Assembly: GCA_045604985.1 (NCBI GenBank)
Contig: JAZUPD010000045.1
Span: 1-59,671, forward strand
DNA from: Eubacteriales bacterium
Lineage (GTDB): Bacteria; Bacillota; Clostridia; Oscillospirales; CAG-272
DNA length: 59,671 nt
Direction: 5' to 3'
Shown one piece after another: positions 1 through 10,180 of the stretch. Made by a program: the position numbers and the translations under genes. The notes under the pieces were generated by a model, which worked only from the letters and a program-made list of their open reading frames with translations, was not told the DNA's origin and did no database searches. Numbering within the stretch: the stretch's first letter is position 1; each line of letters starts with the position of its first letter.

Positions 1-9
1 CTTTTCCAT
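1..9 (-). CDS. 5' end of a gene running off the left edge (ATG GAA AAG...)
   Basis: CAT at 7-9 preceded on the minus strand by AGGAG (ctcct 17-21); only three codons visible. Confidence 0.45.
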
Positions 10-150
10 ATTCTATCTCCTTTAGTTATTTCCTGCCTTATATTTTACACTAAAAAAAGACTTTTGTCCATAGTATTTTAAATTTTCTATTTACATAATT
101 TGATTTGTATGGTATAATAACTTAATGAATTTGTTTTCACGAGGAAAAAT

Positions 151-603
151 ATGACTATAATAGATGAAATTACTTTTTCGCCCTCCGAGACAGAAAATGT
201 TGGTAAAAATCTTGCCGAAATGATCATAAATGACAGATCTCTCCCCTCGTTCATTGCTCTATACGGCGATCTTGGCGTTGGAAAGACAGCGTTTGTGCGC
301 GGATTCGCATCCGCTGTCGCTCCGATGGTGTCCGTGAAATCTCCCACATTCACACTTGTCAATGAATATAAGGGCGGAAAGCTTCCGATTTTCCATTTTG
401 ATATGTACAGGATAGAGGACGAGGACAGCCTTTATTCCATTGGTTTTTACGATTACCTTGATAGAGGAATTTGTCTTACGGAATGGACCGAAAATATTGA
501 ATTTGCACTGCCGGAAGAATTTATTAAGGTCACTATTACAAAAAACAACATCGAGAATACCGAAAGCCGTTCTGTTAGAGCAGAGCTTGTTCGGGAGGTT
601 TGA
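151..603 (+). CDS. tsaE: tRNA t6A biosynthesis ATPase TsaE
   Basis: GDLGVGKT Walker A, SPTFTL, HFDMYR and EW motifs; adjacent to tsaB. Confidence 0.95.
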   Translation: MTIIDEITFSPSETENVGKNLAEMIINDRSLPSFIALYGDLGVGKTAFVRGFASAVAPMVSVKSPTFTLVNEYKGGKLPIFHFDMYRIEDEDSLYSIGFYDYLDRGICLTEWTENIEFALPEEFIKVTITKNNIENTESRSVRAELVREV

Positions 604-604
604 T

Positions 605-1309
605 ATGAAGATACTTGCAATTGACAGCACGGCGGTGGTAGGCTCATGTGCTGTCCTTGAAGATGAAAATTTACTTTCTATTTTTACCGTCAACAACGGA
701 AATACCCACAGCGAGACTTTGCTGCCAATGATCGAAGCTTCGCTGAAATTACTGGGAATGACCGTTGATGACATCGACGTATTTGCGCTCTCCGAGGGCC
801 CCGGATCATTTACAGGTGTGAGGATAGGAGCAGCAACGATAAAGGGACTCGCTTTTGGAAAAGACAAGCCATGCATCGGAGTTTCGACGCTTGAAGCTCT
901 TGCCGAAAATCTTTCGTCGGTAAACGGCATTATATGCCCTGCCATGAATGCAAGGCGAAATCAGGTATATAATGCGCTTTTCAGATGCAAGGACGGAAAA
1001 ATCGAAAGAATTTGCGAGGACAGGGCTATTTCAGTTCCCGACCTTGAAGAAGAACTGAAAGCGTTCGATGCCCCTATATTCATTTGCGGAGACGGAGATT
1101 TTATTCTCTACGAATCCGAAACAAGAAATATTGATTATCGTTTCGTCAGCGAAAATCTGCGTCACCAGAACGGCGTTTCTGTCGGACTTTGTGCGCTGAA
1201 AAAATACAGAGCGGGTGAGAGGAAAACGGATATTACCCTTGCCCCGACTTATCTTCGCCCATCGCAGGCGGAAAGAACGAGAAAGGAAAAGTTAAAGGAG
1301 AACGATTGA
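605..1309 (+). CDS. tsaB: tRNA t6A biosynthesis protein TsaB
   Basis: MKILAIDS start at ATG 605 after GGAGG; HSETL, GPGSFTGVRIG, ARRNQVY, PTYLR. Confidence 0.95.
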   Translation: MKILAIDSTAVVGSCAVLEDENLLSIFTVNNGNTHSETLLPMIEASLKLLGMTVDDIDVFALSEGPGSFTGVRIGAATIKGLAFGKDKPCIGVSTLEALAENLSSVNGIICPAMNARRNQVYNALFRCKDGKIERICEDRAISVPDLEEELKAFDAPIFICGDGDFILYESETRNIDYRFVSENLRHQNGVSVGLCALKKYRAGERKTDITLAPTYLRPSQAERTRKEKLKEND

Positions 1310-1770
1310 TGAAAAAAATAGTTATGGGTGCAGATCATGCAGGTTATGCATTAAAGGACAAGATAAAGGCGGTACTTATCGAAAGGGGATATGAAGTGAC
1401 GGATGTCGGAACTTTTTCCTCAGAAAGCTGTAAATATCCAACTATCGCTCACGAGCTTTGCAAGAACATTCAGGATGGAAAAAGCGAGATGGGAATACTT
1501 ATTTGCGGAACGGGAGTCGGTATGTCTCTTTGTGCAAATAAACATAAAGGCATCAGAGCCGCTTGTGTTTCTGATACCTTCAGTGCAAGGCTTACGAGAA
1601 TGCACAACGATTCAAACGTCCTTTGCTTTGGTGAAAGAGTCGTTGGCTACGGTCTTGCAATGGAGCTTGTTGACGCATTCATAGAAACAGAATTTGAGGG
1701 TGGCAGACATGCAGAAAGAGTTGCGCTCATAAATGCCATAGAAAACGAGGATTTTGATCTTCTAAAATAA
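1309..1770 (+). CDS. rpiB: ribose-5-phosphate isomerase B
   Basis: GADHAG, CGTGVG, ANK..GIRAA, HND.NVL, FEGGRH. Confidence 0.95.
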   Translation: MKKIVMGADHAGYALKDKIKAVLIERGYEVTDVGTFSSESCKYPTIAHELCKNIQDGKSEMGILICGTGVGMSLCANKHKGIRAACVSDTFSARLTRMHNDSNVLCFGERVVGYGLAMELVDAFIETEFEGGRHAERVALINAIENEDFDLLK

Positions 1771-1785
1771 AGAACAGGAGTTATA

Positions 1786-2559
1786 ATGGGAAATCTTTCG
1801 GATTTTTTTAAAGCGACTGCCGACATACTTCATACTGCCTCAGGAAATTTAAAGAAGAATAAGTTCACCTCAGCGATCATTGTTGCAGGCGGTTCTTCCC
1901 TTCGCATTGGAGGGGATAAATCAAAGCAGATGTTGCTTATTTGCGATATTCCGGTTGTTGTTCACACACTTTTGGCATTCCAGAATTGTGAAAGGATATC
2001 CGAAATAATCGTTGTTGCAAAGGAAAATGAGATCCCGCTTTATGAAGACTTTGCAAAAAAATACTGTATTACAAAGTTAAAAAACACCGTTAAGGGCGGT
2101 GATACTCGTCAGAAATCGGCACTCTGCGGCTTCAACGCCATCTCTCCTGAGTCGGATTATGTCGCTATACACGATGCGGCAAGATGTCTCATAACAAGCG
2201 AAGATATATGTCGGGTACTCGATGCCGCAATCAAATACGGTGCGGCGAGCGCTTCTGTCAGCGTTTCCGACACCGTTAAGATAGTTGATAAAAACAATTT
2301 TATCATTCGCACAGAAGACAGACATTATGTAAAGCTTTCCCAAACCCCACAAATATTCTCCAGAAATCTTTACTGCGCCGCCGCATATACGGCAAAGGAA
2401 GAGAGCTTTGAGGCGACGGACGACAATCTGCTTGTCGAGCGTATTGGATATAAGGTGAAAATGGTCGATTGCGGTAGTGAAAATATTAAGATCACATTTC
2501 CCGAGGATATTAAGAGAGTCGAAAAAATAATTGAAGAAAGAAAAAGGGATCAGGTTTAA
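1786..2559 (+). CDS. ispD: 2-C-methyl-D-erythritol 4-phosphate cytidylyltransferase
   Basis: AGG.S.R, GGDTRQ.S, IHDAAR, QTPQ, TDD, NIKIT; upstream of ispF. Confidence 0.93.
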   Translation: MGNLSDFFKATADILHTASGNLKKNKFTSAIIVAGGSSLRIGGDKSKQMLLICDIPVVVHTLLAFQNCERISEIIVVAKENEIPLYEDFAKKYCITKLKNTVKGGDTRQKSALCGFNAISPESDYVAIHDAARCLITSEDICRVLDAAIKYGAASASVSVSDTVKIVDKNNFIIRTEDRHYVKLSQTPQIFSRNLYCAAAYTAKEESFEATDDNLLVERIGYKVKMVDCGSENIKITFPEDIKRVEKIIEERKRDQV

Positions 2560-2562
2560 AAT

Positions 2563-3042
2563 ATGCTTAGAATAGGACACGGTTATGATGTTCACAAGCT
2601 TTTTGAAGGTAGAAAACTGATAATCGGCGGGGTTGATATTCCTCATGAAATGGGACTTCTCGGTCACAGCGATGCCGACGTTCTTCTCCACGCAATAATG
2701 GATGCGCTTCTCGGGGCTGCAGCACTTGGCGATATCGGAAAACTCTTTCCGGACACCGACGAAGCTTATAAGAACGCCGACAGTCTTATGCTTACTCGCA
2801 AAGTCTGTAAGTTGCTTTATGAATATGGCTACATCGTTTCAAATGTTGATGCAACAGTAATAGCGCAAGCCCCAAAGCTCGCTTCGCATATTCATAAAAT
2901 GAGATGCAATATCGCCCAAGCACTTGGCACAGAGATTGGTCAAATCAGTGTTAAAGCGACCACAGAGGAAAAGCTCGGCTTCACGGGAAATAAAGAAGGC
3001 ATTGCGGCACACGCCGTTTGTATTATTAAAAAATATAAATAG
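2563..3042 (+). CDS. ispF: 2-C-methyl-D-erythritol 2,4-cyclodiphosphate synthase
   Basis: [29 protein letters not shown]. Confidence 0.97.
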   Translation: MLRIGHGYDVHKLFEGRKLIIGGVDIPHEMGLLGHSDADVLLHAIMDALLGAAALGDIGKLFPDTDEAYKNADSLMLTRKVCKLLYEYGYIVSNVDATVIAQAPKLASHIHKMRCNIAQALGTEIGQISVKATTEEKLGFTGNKEGIAAHAVCIIKKYK

Positions 3043-3060
3043 GGCTGTCTGAGACAGCCC
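3042..3060 (+). terminator. hairpin after ispF, possible terminator
   Basis: GGGCTGTC-TGA-GACAGCCC; no clear U-tract. Confidence 0.5.
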
Positions 3061-3223
3061 CTATATAAGACGGGAATTTCTGATGTCAATATCTCACATC
3101 CGGCTTTTTCAAATTACATCATCAGATATTTCCCTATTGCTTTCTTAATTAAATTTTATGTTTGAAAGCAATATTTCGTTACAAAATTCGTTATATATCG
3201 ACAAAAAACAAGGAGGTTTTAAA

Positions 3224-3895
3224 ATGACATTTGTATCACCATCTATTCTCGCCTGTGATTTTTCTCATCTTGCTGACGAGGTAATAAAAATGGAAGCGGC
3301 AGGTGCCGACTATCTTCACCTTGATGTTATGGACGGTCATTTCGTACCCAATATAAGCTTTGGACCGGACCTCATATCCTCGGTAAGAAAGATAAGCCGA
3401 CTGCTTTTTGACGTTCATCTTATGATATGCAAGCCCGAGAAATATCTCGATAGCTTTATTCGAGCAGGTGCGGACATAATTACAATTCATGCCGAGAGCG
3501 AAGGCAATATCGGTGACATGATTGATTATATTAAGGAGCATGACGTTAGGGCAAGTCTTGCAGTTTCGCCTAAAACGCCCTATGACGCAGTACTCCCGCA
3601 TCTTGACAAGCTTGATATGGTGCTTGTTATGACAGTTGAACCGGGATTCGGCGGTCAAAAAATGATTCCGGAAACTCTTGATAAATGCCGTCTTCTTCGC
3701 CGAGAGATAACAAAAAGAGGTCTTAAAACAAATATCGAGGTCGATGGCGGAATAAATTCGGAAAACGTTTGGCTTTGCTCCTCAAACGGTGCTAATGTCA
3801 TCGTCGCAGGCTCTGCCATCTTTGGTTCTAATAAGCCGAGAAGCGTCATATCGAAGATGAAAAGCGAATGTGAGCTTCATCCCTTTGCGGGCTGA
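3224..3895 (+). CDS. rpe: ribulose-phosphate 3-epimerase
   Basis: SPSIL, HLDVMDGHFVPN, DVHLM, MTVEPGFGGQ, VDGG; ATG 3224 after AGGAGG. Confidence 0.96.
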   Translation: MTFVSPSILACDFSHLADEVIKMEAAGADYLHLDVMDGHFVPNISFGPDLISSVRKISRLLFDVHLMICKPEKYLDSFIRAGADIITIHAESEGNIGDMIDYIKEHDVRASLAVSPKTPYDAVLPHLDKLDMVLVMTVEPGFGGQKMIPETLDKCRLLRREITKRGLKTNIEVDGGINSENVWLCSSNGANVIVAGSAIFGSNKPRSVISKMKSECELHPFAG

Positions 3896-4789
3896 TCATA
3901 AAAGATCAAGCTCAAACATTATACGATTCAGCTTTTCCCTGTTTTCATCGCTGATAGAGCATAAAGGAAGGCGGAACTCCTCGCAGCAAAGTCCCTTTGC
4001 AGCAAGCGCAGTCTTGACAGGGATGGGATTTACCTCGGAAAACATAGCTCTCATCAGTTTGTAGTATTTTTTAAAGAGGTTTTTTGCTTCATCGGTTTCA
4101 CCTTCTATATATTTTTTGCAGATGTCGTGTATTTCCCGGGGAATAATATTTGATACAACAGAGATCGTTCCCACGCCCCCAAGCGAAAGACAAGGAAGTA
4201 TCTGGTCGTCACTTCCTGTGTAAACGTCAAGATCTCCTCCACATTCAAATATAAGTTCCGCACAGCTTGCGATATCGGGACTTGCTTCCTTTACCGCAAC
4301 GATATTATCTATTTTCGATAATTCTTTGTAACTCCCAAGAGAAATATTCATGCTCGTTCTCGTCGGAACATTATATACAATTATCGGAAGATGTGTACTC
4401 CCCGCAATTGCTTTATAGCTATCTATAAGCCCCTTTTGCGTCGCTTTATTATAATATGGAGTTATTACAAGACAAGCGTTAGCCCCCTGTTCCGTTGCTA
4501 TTTTCGTGAGTCTTTGTGCCTTTGCAGTATCATTGCTCCCACTGCCGACTATAAGCGGTACTCTGTCATCTATTTTTTCTTTGGAAAATCTCACAAGAGT
4601 TCTGAATTCATCCTCAGAAAGAGTCGTGGCCTCGCCCGTTGTTCCCGAAACAACAAGGGCATCAATACCGTTTTTAATTTGAATTTCTATCATATTACGA
4701 AATGCTTCAAAATCTATTCTACCACCGCAAAAGGGTGTTACAAGGGCGGTTGCCGCTCCGATAAAAACCGAATTTTTATTTTTACTCAT
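3896..4789 (-). CDS. dapA: 4-hydroxy-tetrahydrodipicolinate synthase
   Basis: GTTGE, PYYNK, YNVP.RT, KEAS, NPIPVK. Confidence 0.95.
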   Translation of the reverse strand: MSKNKNSVFIGAATALVTPFCGGRIDFEAFRNMIEIQIKNGIDALVVSGTTGEATTLSEDEFRTLVRFSKEKIDDRVPLIVGSGSNDTAKAQRLTKIATEQGANACLVITPYYNKATQKGLIDSYKAIAGSTHLPIIVYNVPTRTSMNISLGSYKELSKIDNIVAVKEASPDIASCAELIFECGGDLDVYTGSDDQILPCLSLGGVGTISVVSNIIPREIHDICKKYIEGETDEAKNLFKKYYKLMRAMFSEVNPIPVKTALAAKGLCCEEFRLPLCSISDENREKLNRIMFELDLL

Positions 4790-4868
4790 ATATACCTCCT
4801 ACATGTTTATTTCACTCTAAATTATATGCTAATAAATATTTAGGAGTTACCTGAAGAAAGGCAAAGAT

Positions 4869-5948
4869 ATGTCAGATACCATCATCAATAAAAAAGCTCC
4901 AACAAACCTTAAAACTAAGGATTTTTTTTATGATCTCCCGGAATCGCTGATTGCACAGCATCCGCTGGAAAAGCGTGACGACTCGCGCCTTATGGTGATA
5001 GACCGCAAAAGCGGAGAAATTGACCATAAGCATTTTTATAATATAATAGACTACATAAATCCAGAGGACGTTCTCGTTATCAACGATTCAAAGGTCATTC
5101 CCGCAAGGCTCTACGGTCATTCGGAAGTGAAAGAGGATGCAAAAATAGAGCTTTTATTGCTTCGCTCTCATGGGCTTGACAGATGGGAAACACTTGTAAA
5201 GCCCGGAAAAAGAGCTAAAGTAGGCAGCAGACTCGTTTTTGGTGACGGACTTCTGATCGGCGAGATCGTAGACATCGTCGAAGAAGGTAACAGAATAATC
5301 GAATTTAATTATGACAGGGAAAAATTCTCAAATGTATATGAGATATTACATCAAATAGGACTCATGCCGCTTCCCCCTTATATTACGGAACGTCTCAGAG
5401 ACAACAGCAGATATCAGACCGTTTATGCAAAAGACGAAGGGTCTGCTGCAGCACCGACAGCGGGACTGCATTTTACTCCCGACCTGCTTGAGGCTATTAA
5501 ATCCAAAGGCTGTGCAATCGCACCTATTATGCTACATGTGGGACTCGGTACATTCAGACCTGTAAAAACAGACAACATTGACGAGCATATCATGCACGTC
5601 GAATATATTTCGGTTTCAGCCGAAAGTGCAAAAATTATCAATGAAAGAAAGGCGGCCGGCGGCAGAATCATCGCCGTTGGAACCACCTCTTGCAGAACTC
5701 TTGAAAGCGTTGCGGACGAGGACGGAGTTATAAGACCTATAAGCGGTGATACGGGAATTTTTATCTATCCGGGCTACGAATTTAAAGCAGTAGATGCCCT
5801 TATTACCAATTTTCACCTCCCCGAAAGCACATTGCTTATGCTTGTTTCCGCTTTTTACGACAGAGAAAAAATACTCGAAGCATATAACACCGCAGTCAAG
5901 GAAAATTATAGGTTTTTCTCTTTCGGTGACGCCTGCTATATATTTTAA
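4869..5948 (+). CDS. queA: S-adenosylmethionine:tRNA ribosyltransferase-isomerase
   Basis: [46 protein letters not shown]. Confidence 0.98.
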   Translation: MSDTIINKKAPTNLKTKDFFYDLPESLIAQHPLEKRDDSRLMVIDRKSGEIDHKHFYNIIDYINPEDVLVINDSKVIPARLYGHSEVKEDAKIELLLLRSHGLDRWETLVKPGKRAKVGSRLVFGDGLLIGEIVDIVEEGNRIIEFNYDREKFSNVYEILHQIGLMPLPPYITERLRDNSRYQTVYAKDEGSAAAPTAGLHFTPDLLEAIKSKGCAIAPIMLHVGLGTFRPVKTDNIDEHIMHVEYISVSAESAKIINERKAAGGRIIAVGTTSCRTLESVADEDGVIRPISGDTGIFIYPGYEFKAVDALITNFHLPESTLLMLVSAFYDREKILEAYNTAVKENYRFFSFGDACYIF

Positions 5949-5991
5949 CTAAATAAAACAGGATATAACAAATAACAATTATGCAATTTTA

Positions 5992-6025
5992 CCAATCGGT
6001 AAAAACTAATAGCCAATCGGTAATT
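5992..6025. repeat. two CCAATCGGTAA direct repeats at the left boundary of the TA cassette
   Basis: copies at 5992-6002 and 6013-6023; an inverted copy lies at 6921-6933. Confidence 0.75.
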
Positions 6026-6071
6026 CTTTCGACAACAATAGAAATAAATTCAAAAATCTTCCTGAAATCTA

Positions 6072-6100
6072 TTGACAAAATAGGATAAATCCTATATACT
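6072..6100 (+). promoter_or_regulatory. sigma-A promoter of the TA operon with a palindromic operator in the spacer
   Basis: TTGACA(6072)-17 nt-TATACT(6095); TAGGAT-AA-ATCCTA at 6081-6094. Confidence 0.8.
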
Positions 6101-6143
6101 ATAAGTGCAGGATAAAACATTTCATTTTTACGGAGAATAATCA

Positions 6144-6413
6144 ATGAATGAGATCAAAATCAGATATTCAAAGGACGCACTGAAATTTTTATCAAAATTG
6201 GATAAAAAATCGGTCGGCAGAATCCGTGATGCTATTGCGGGGCTGACCTATAATCCACCCGTCGGAGACATCAAAACAATGCAAGGCTATAACGACGGAC
6301 GTAAACGACTCCGTGTTGGCTCGTGGAGAATTATCTACCGACACGAAAACGAAGAAACGGTTGAGATCATCTTCGTGATTGATATTGGCAATCGCGGAGA
6401 TATATACAAATAA
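6144..6413 (+). CDS. RelE/ParE-family type II toxin
   Basis: 89 aa basic protein; GDIK.MQG, RLRVGSWRIIY, IDIGNRGDIYK. Confidence 0.88.
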   Translation: MNEIKIRYSKDALKFLSKLDKKSVGRIRDAIAGLTYNPPVGDIKTMQGYNDGRKRLRVGSWRIIYRHENEETVEIIFVIDIGNRGDIYK

Positions 6414-6426
6414 GGAGGTATCTTTT

Positions 6427-6645
6427 ATGTCAAGTATTGCAATTGAAGCTGCACGCTTAATGGATGCTCTGCCTGAAGCAGACAAGGTGTTTGCTTACGA
6501 GTTTATCAAAAAGTTGGTTCTTGCTTGGGATCCCGATTTTACCAAGGTGACTGCCGACGAAGCAAAGAGAATAGAGGATGCGGAAAACAGCGGTTATGTT
6601 GATGCGGATGAAATTGATTGGGAGAGCATTGGAACCGATGAGTAA
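6427..6645 (+). CDS. small acidic protein, probable antitoxin
   Basis: ATG 6427 after AAGGAGG; 72 aa, WDPDFTK motif, acidic EIDW tail; directly follows the toxin. Confidence 0.7.
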   Translation: MSSIAIEAARLMDALPEADKVFAYEFIKKLVLAWDPDFTKVTADEAKRIEDAENSGYVDADEIDWESIGTDE

Positions 6646-6871
6646 CGTAACCCATACTGTTGATGCAGACGAAATTATACAGGCATTAATCGAGGCAAGA
6701 CGTGCGTCGGGAATGACGCAAAAGGAATTATCCGAGCTTACGGGAATTGCCCAAGGCGACATCAGTAAGCTGGAAAAGGGGAATGCGAATCCTTCTCTGC
6801 GAACTTTGATTCGGCTTGCCGAAGGAATGGGAATGCAGTTAAAAGTGGAATTTTGTCCTTCAAGCCATTAA
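6638..6871 (+). CDS. XRE-family HTH regulator (HigA-like)
   Basis: MTQKELSELTGIAQGDISKLEKGNANPSL; start overlaps the previous stop. Confidence 0.85.
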   Translation: MSNVTHTVDADEIIQALIEARRASGMTQKELSELTGIAQGDISKLEKGNANPSLRTLIRLAEGMGMQLKVEFCPSSH

Positions 6872-6874
6872 CGA

Positions 6875-6896
6875 AGCAGGGCATTTTTGCCCTGCT
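6875..6896 (+). terminator. hairpin ending the TA operon
   Basis: AGCAGGGCA-TTTT-TGCCCTGCT followed by a T-rich stretch. Confidence 0.65.
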
Positions 6897-6920
6897 GAAT
6901 TTTTGAAATTAAGCATTAAA

Positions 6921-6952
6921 AATTACCGATTGGTTATGTGAAATTACCAATC
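6921..6952. repeat. inverted repeat copies at the right boundary of the TA cassette
   Basis: AATTACCGATTGG (6921-6933) is the reverse complement of 6013-6025; partial copy AATTACCAATC at 6942-6952. Confidence 0.7.
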
Positions 6953-7113
6953 TTATATCCCGTACACATCGGCGATGCGATGTTTATACGATAAAAGAAA
7001 TCGTAAAAAGTCAGAATATAGTGTATTTTAGCTTTGAAAATACATTTATCTTCCGATAAAAGAGCAATTTGTAATAATTTTAGAAATAAAATGTACTTGT
7101 AATGTATTTTTTC

Positions 7114-7142
7114 TTGACATTTTTCAAAAAATGTTATATAAT
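7114..7142 (+). promoter_or_regulatory. sigma-A promoter of ssrA
   Basis: TTGACA(7114)-17 nt-TATAAT(7137). Confidence 0.8.
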
Positions 7143-7181
7143 AACTTCTGCTTATACAGTGATTCGATAAGCGCACTAAAT

Positions 7182-7580
7182 GGGGGCGCAATGGTTTCGA
7201 CAGGGATTCTGAGGTATGATAAGCGTGGCGGGCCGGCTAATCCCGTCAAAATGGCCAAATTAAAAAATAAACGACAACTCTACAGTTGCTCTGGCTGCCT
7301 AACTGATTGCGCCATAAGGCGCTATTAGCGGCAGTGCTGCGGTTCATTTATACCGCCCGTTCCGCCGAGGACTACTGCGACCTCGGCCTGAGCGTCATTT
7401 GCAGCAGTGAACTTGCATCGGTCTTTCGCCCTTGAACCGATCAAGCATAAAAGGGCTACCGCAAAGGAAGGTCTGTTTGCCGACGCTCCTGCGCGGAAAT
7501 TCTTAAATGACAAACTGCCCACGGAGAAGGTCATATCGACGGATTTTTGGACACGGGTTCGATTCCCGTCGCCTCCACCA
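7182..7580 (+). ncRNA. ssrA: tmRNA; tag peptide (A)DNSTVALAA encoded at 7273-7302
   Basis: 5' GGGGGCG..ATGGTTTCGAC; 3' GGTTCGATTCCC..CGCCTCCACCA; internal reading frame ending ALAA-stop. Confidence 0.96.
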
Positions 7581-7584
7581 TTCC

Positions 7585-7622
7585 AGACCGCCATTTGATG
7601 AAAATCAAGCGGCGGTCTTTTC
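7585..7622 (+). terminator. intrinsic terminator after ssrA
   Basis: AGACCGCC..TTGAT-GAAA-ATCAA..GGCGGTCT followed by T-run. Confidence 0.75.
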
Positions 7623-7837
7623 TCATTTTCAAAGGAATCTGCTTTACCTGTAAAACCGAGGATAAAAAATATTAGGGGTATGTATTGCCCTCACTCGGCG
7701 CAAAAGAAATGTAAGCTTAGTCAATATACCGCAAATATCTTGCACTTCTATTTGTAATTCACTTTTTTTAAAAATGTTGTAGACATTTTTGAAAAAATAT
7801 GATATAATATTTAAAATATTGCCTAAGGATAAAAATT

Positions 7838-8455
7838 ATGGAGATTATTTCACTGATTAGCCCTGATTATCGCTCAAATACGCATCTTGCGGTGTCAAAT
7901 GGAAAATGTATAATAATAGATTCGGGGCTTGACGTGTCGGTTATAGAAAATTCCATAACCGAACACAGTCTTAAGCCTGTGGCTATACTTCTTACACACG
8001 GTCATTTTGACCATATTTTTTCACTTGATCTTATCAGAGAAAAATACGATATACCGGTATATATCCATGCCGAAGACCGCGAAATGCTTACAGATTCGAT
8101 GAAAAACGCATATTCATTCTTCTTTGGTGCAAACTTTCGCCAAAAGGATGCAGATAGAACCTTTGTCAACGGAGACAAAATTGCGATAGATAATGAATAT
8201 TTAACCGTTATACATACTCCGGGTCACTCCAAAGGCTCATCCTGCTTTTTGTGTGACAAAATATTGATCACCGGTGACACGCTTTTTGCCGATGGGATTG
8301 GAAGAACGGATCTTCACGGCGGCGATGGTCAAATCATATCAGCATCGCTTTCTAATTTGAAAAATATTGAAAACGCCAAGGAAATAACGATTTTTCCGGG
8401 GCATGGTGGTGCTGAAAAACTAACAAGGGCACTTGACAATGTTTTATATTTTTAA
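7838..8455 (+). CDS. MBL-fold metallo-hydrolase (glyoxalase II-like)
   Basis: THGHFDH, TPGHS, TGD, PGHG. Confidence 0.9.
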   Translation: MEIISLISPDYRSNTHLAVSNGKCIIIDSGLDVSVIENSITEHSLKPVAILLTHGHFDHIFSLDLIREKYDIPVYIHAEDREMLTDSMKNAYSFFFGANFRQKDADRTFVNGDKIAIDNEYLTVIHTPGHSKGSSCFLCDKILITGDTLFADGIGRTDLHGGDGQIISASLSNLKNIENAKEITIFPGHGGAEKLTRALDNVLYF

Positions 8456-8473
8456 TTTACAGAGGGTTTTATT

Positions 8474-10159
8474 ATGGATTTGAATTATCTTGCAGAATTG
8501 CTATTTCCAAATGTGAAAGAAACGCCCGAGGAACTTGAATCTCGCTTTCCCGTAAGAGAGCTTCCCGAAGGTGCAAAGGTTACACGTTTCGCCCCAAGCC
8601 CCACAGGCTTTGTTCATTTTGGCGGTCTATTCCCTGTTACGGTGGGAGAAAGGCTTGCTCATCAGAGCGGTGGCGTATTTTATCTGAGAATTGAGGATAC
8701 CGACGACAAGCGCAAAATTGAAGGCGCTGAAGAAGCTCTAATAAAGGTTCTTGCTCATTATGGAATCAATTTCGACGAGGGTGCTATCCTTGACGAAACG
8801 GGTAAAATATGTGATAAGGGCGTTTACGGTCCTTATAAACAGAGCCTCAGAGGGCCTCTTTATCATGTTTATGCAAAAAAACTCGTTTCCGAAGGAAAGG
8901 CTTACCCTTGTTTTTCAACGGAAGAGGAGCTTGAAGCACTGAACTCTCTTGATAAAAAATCCGAGATCAAGAACAAGGATTGGCACGATGATGCCGCAAA
9001 ACAAAAGGAAGAGAGGCTCAAAGCCCGCAAATTCACCATCGAAGACGTTGAGGAAAATCTTAAAAGGGGGCATCCATTTGTTCTTAGGCTTCTATCGGAC
9101 GGTGATCCAGAAAAGAGAACGCCATTTACCGATCTTATCAAGGGAAAGCTTGATATTCCCGAAAACGACGAAGATTTTGTACTTCTTAAGAGTGATGGGA
9201 TCCCAACTTACCACTTTGCCCATGCCGTTGACGACCATCTTATGGGCACGACACATGTGATAAGAGGCGAGGAGTGGCTTCCTTCCCTTTCAAAGCACAT
9301 TATGCTCTTCAGATATCTTGGTTTCAAAATGCCAAAGTATCTCCATATCGCTCAGTTGATGCGCCTTGACGAAAACGGAGCAAAGAAAAAGCTTTCAAAG
9401 CGTGATATGGGAGCAAATATGGACGACTATAAGCGTATTGGCTATGCACCCGATTGTGTTATGGAATATGTTATGACCCTGCTTAATTCAAATTTTGAGG
9501 AATGGCACGCAGCAAATGCTGATAAATCATATCTTGATTTCCCTTTCAGTATCAAAAAGATGAGTACATCCGGCTGTCTCTTTGATTTCAATAAGCTCAA
9601 TGACGTTTCAAAAAATGTTATCTGCCATTGGAATGCCGAAAAGGTATATCTGTACCTTCTTGAATGGGCAAAAGAATATGATTATGATTTTGCTAAGGAG
9701 CTTGAGTCCGACAAAGAAACGGCAATTTCTGTTCTCTCCATCGGCAGAGGCGGAAAGAAACCAAGAAAGGACTTTGCCGTTTGGAGTGAGGTCAAGGACT
9801 ATATGGGCTTTATATATGACAGATTTTTTAAAATCATTGATGCTTATCCCTCATCTTTTGATATAGACGACATAAAAAAAGCTCTTCAGGGATTTCTTGA
9901 AACCTATGACGAGAGCGACGATATGAACACTTGGTTTGATAAGATCAAAGTTCTCGCTTCAAAGCTCGGATATGCAGCAGATATGAAAGAATACAAGGCA
10001 AGCCCTGATGCCTTTAAGGGCAATATTGCCGATATAAGTATGTTCATCAGAGTTGCAATCACAGGCAAAATGAACGCCCCGGACCTTTATACCGTTATGC
10101 AAATACTTGGCAAGGAAAAAGTTGCCGAAAGAATAAATGCCATGGTGGCAAAACTTTAA
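8474..10159 (+). CDS. gltX: glutamate--tRNA ligase
   Basis: RFAPSPTG.HFGG, RIEDTD, VDDH, RGEEW, KLSKR. Confidence 0.93.
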   Translation: MDLNYLAELLFPNVKETPEELESRFPVRELPEGAKVTRFAPSPTGFVHFGGLFPVTVGERLAHQSGGVFYLRIEDTDDKRKIEGAEEALIKVLAHYGINFDEGAILDETGKICDKGVYGPYKQSLRGPLYHVYAKKLVSEGKAYPCFSTEEELEALNSLDKKSEIKNKDWHDDAAKQKEERLKARKFTIEDVEENLKRGHPFVLRLLSDGDPEKRTPFTDLIKGKLDIPENDEDFVLLKSDGIPTYHFAHAVDDHLMGTTHVIRGEEWLPSLSKHIMLFRYLGFKMPKYLHIAQLMRLDENGAKKKLSKRDMGANMDDYKRIGYAPDCVMEYVMTLLNSNFEEWHAANADKSYLDFPFSIKKMSTSGCLFDFNKLNDVSKNVICHWNAEKVYLYLLEWAKEYDYDFAKELESDKETAISVLSIGRGGKKPRKDFAVWSEVKDYMGFIYDRFFKIIDAYPSSFDIDDIKKALQGFLETYDESDDMNTWFDKIKVLASKLGYAADMKEYKASPDAFKGNIADISMFIRVAITGKMNAPDLYTVMQILGKEKVAERINAMVAKL

Positions 10160-10180
10160 TTTCAGTTCAGGAGTTTTAAA

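Noticed and set aside
7131-7598. short ORFs 7131-7328, 7325-7594 and 7407-7598
   Set aside because: They overlap the tmRNA gene; only the tag reading frame is meaningful.
7838-8455. metallo-beta-lactamase resistance gene
   Set aside because: Cytoplasmic glyoxalase-II-like THxHxDH protein with no signal peptide, in an operon with tRNA ligases.
7625-8473. T-box leader for gltX-glnS
   Set aside because: No T-box consensus or terminator/antiterminator seen; a promoter-like sequence lies close to the MBL gene start.
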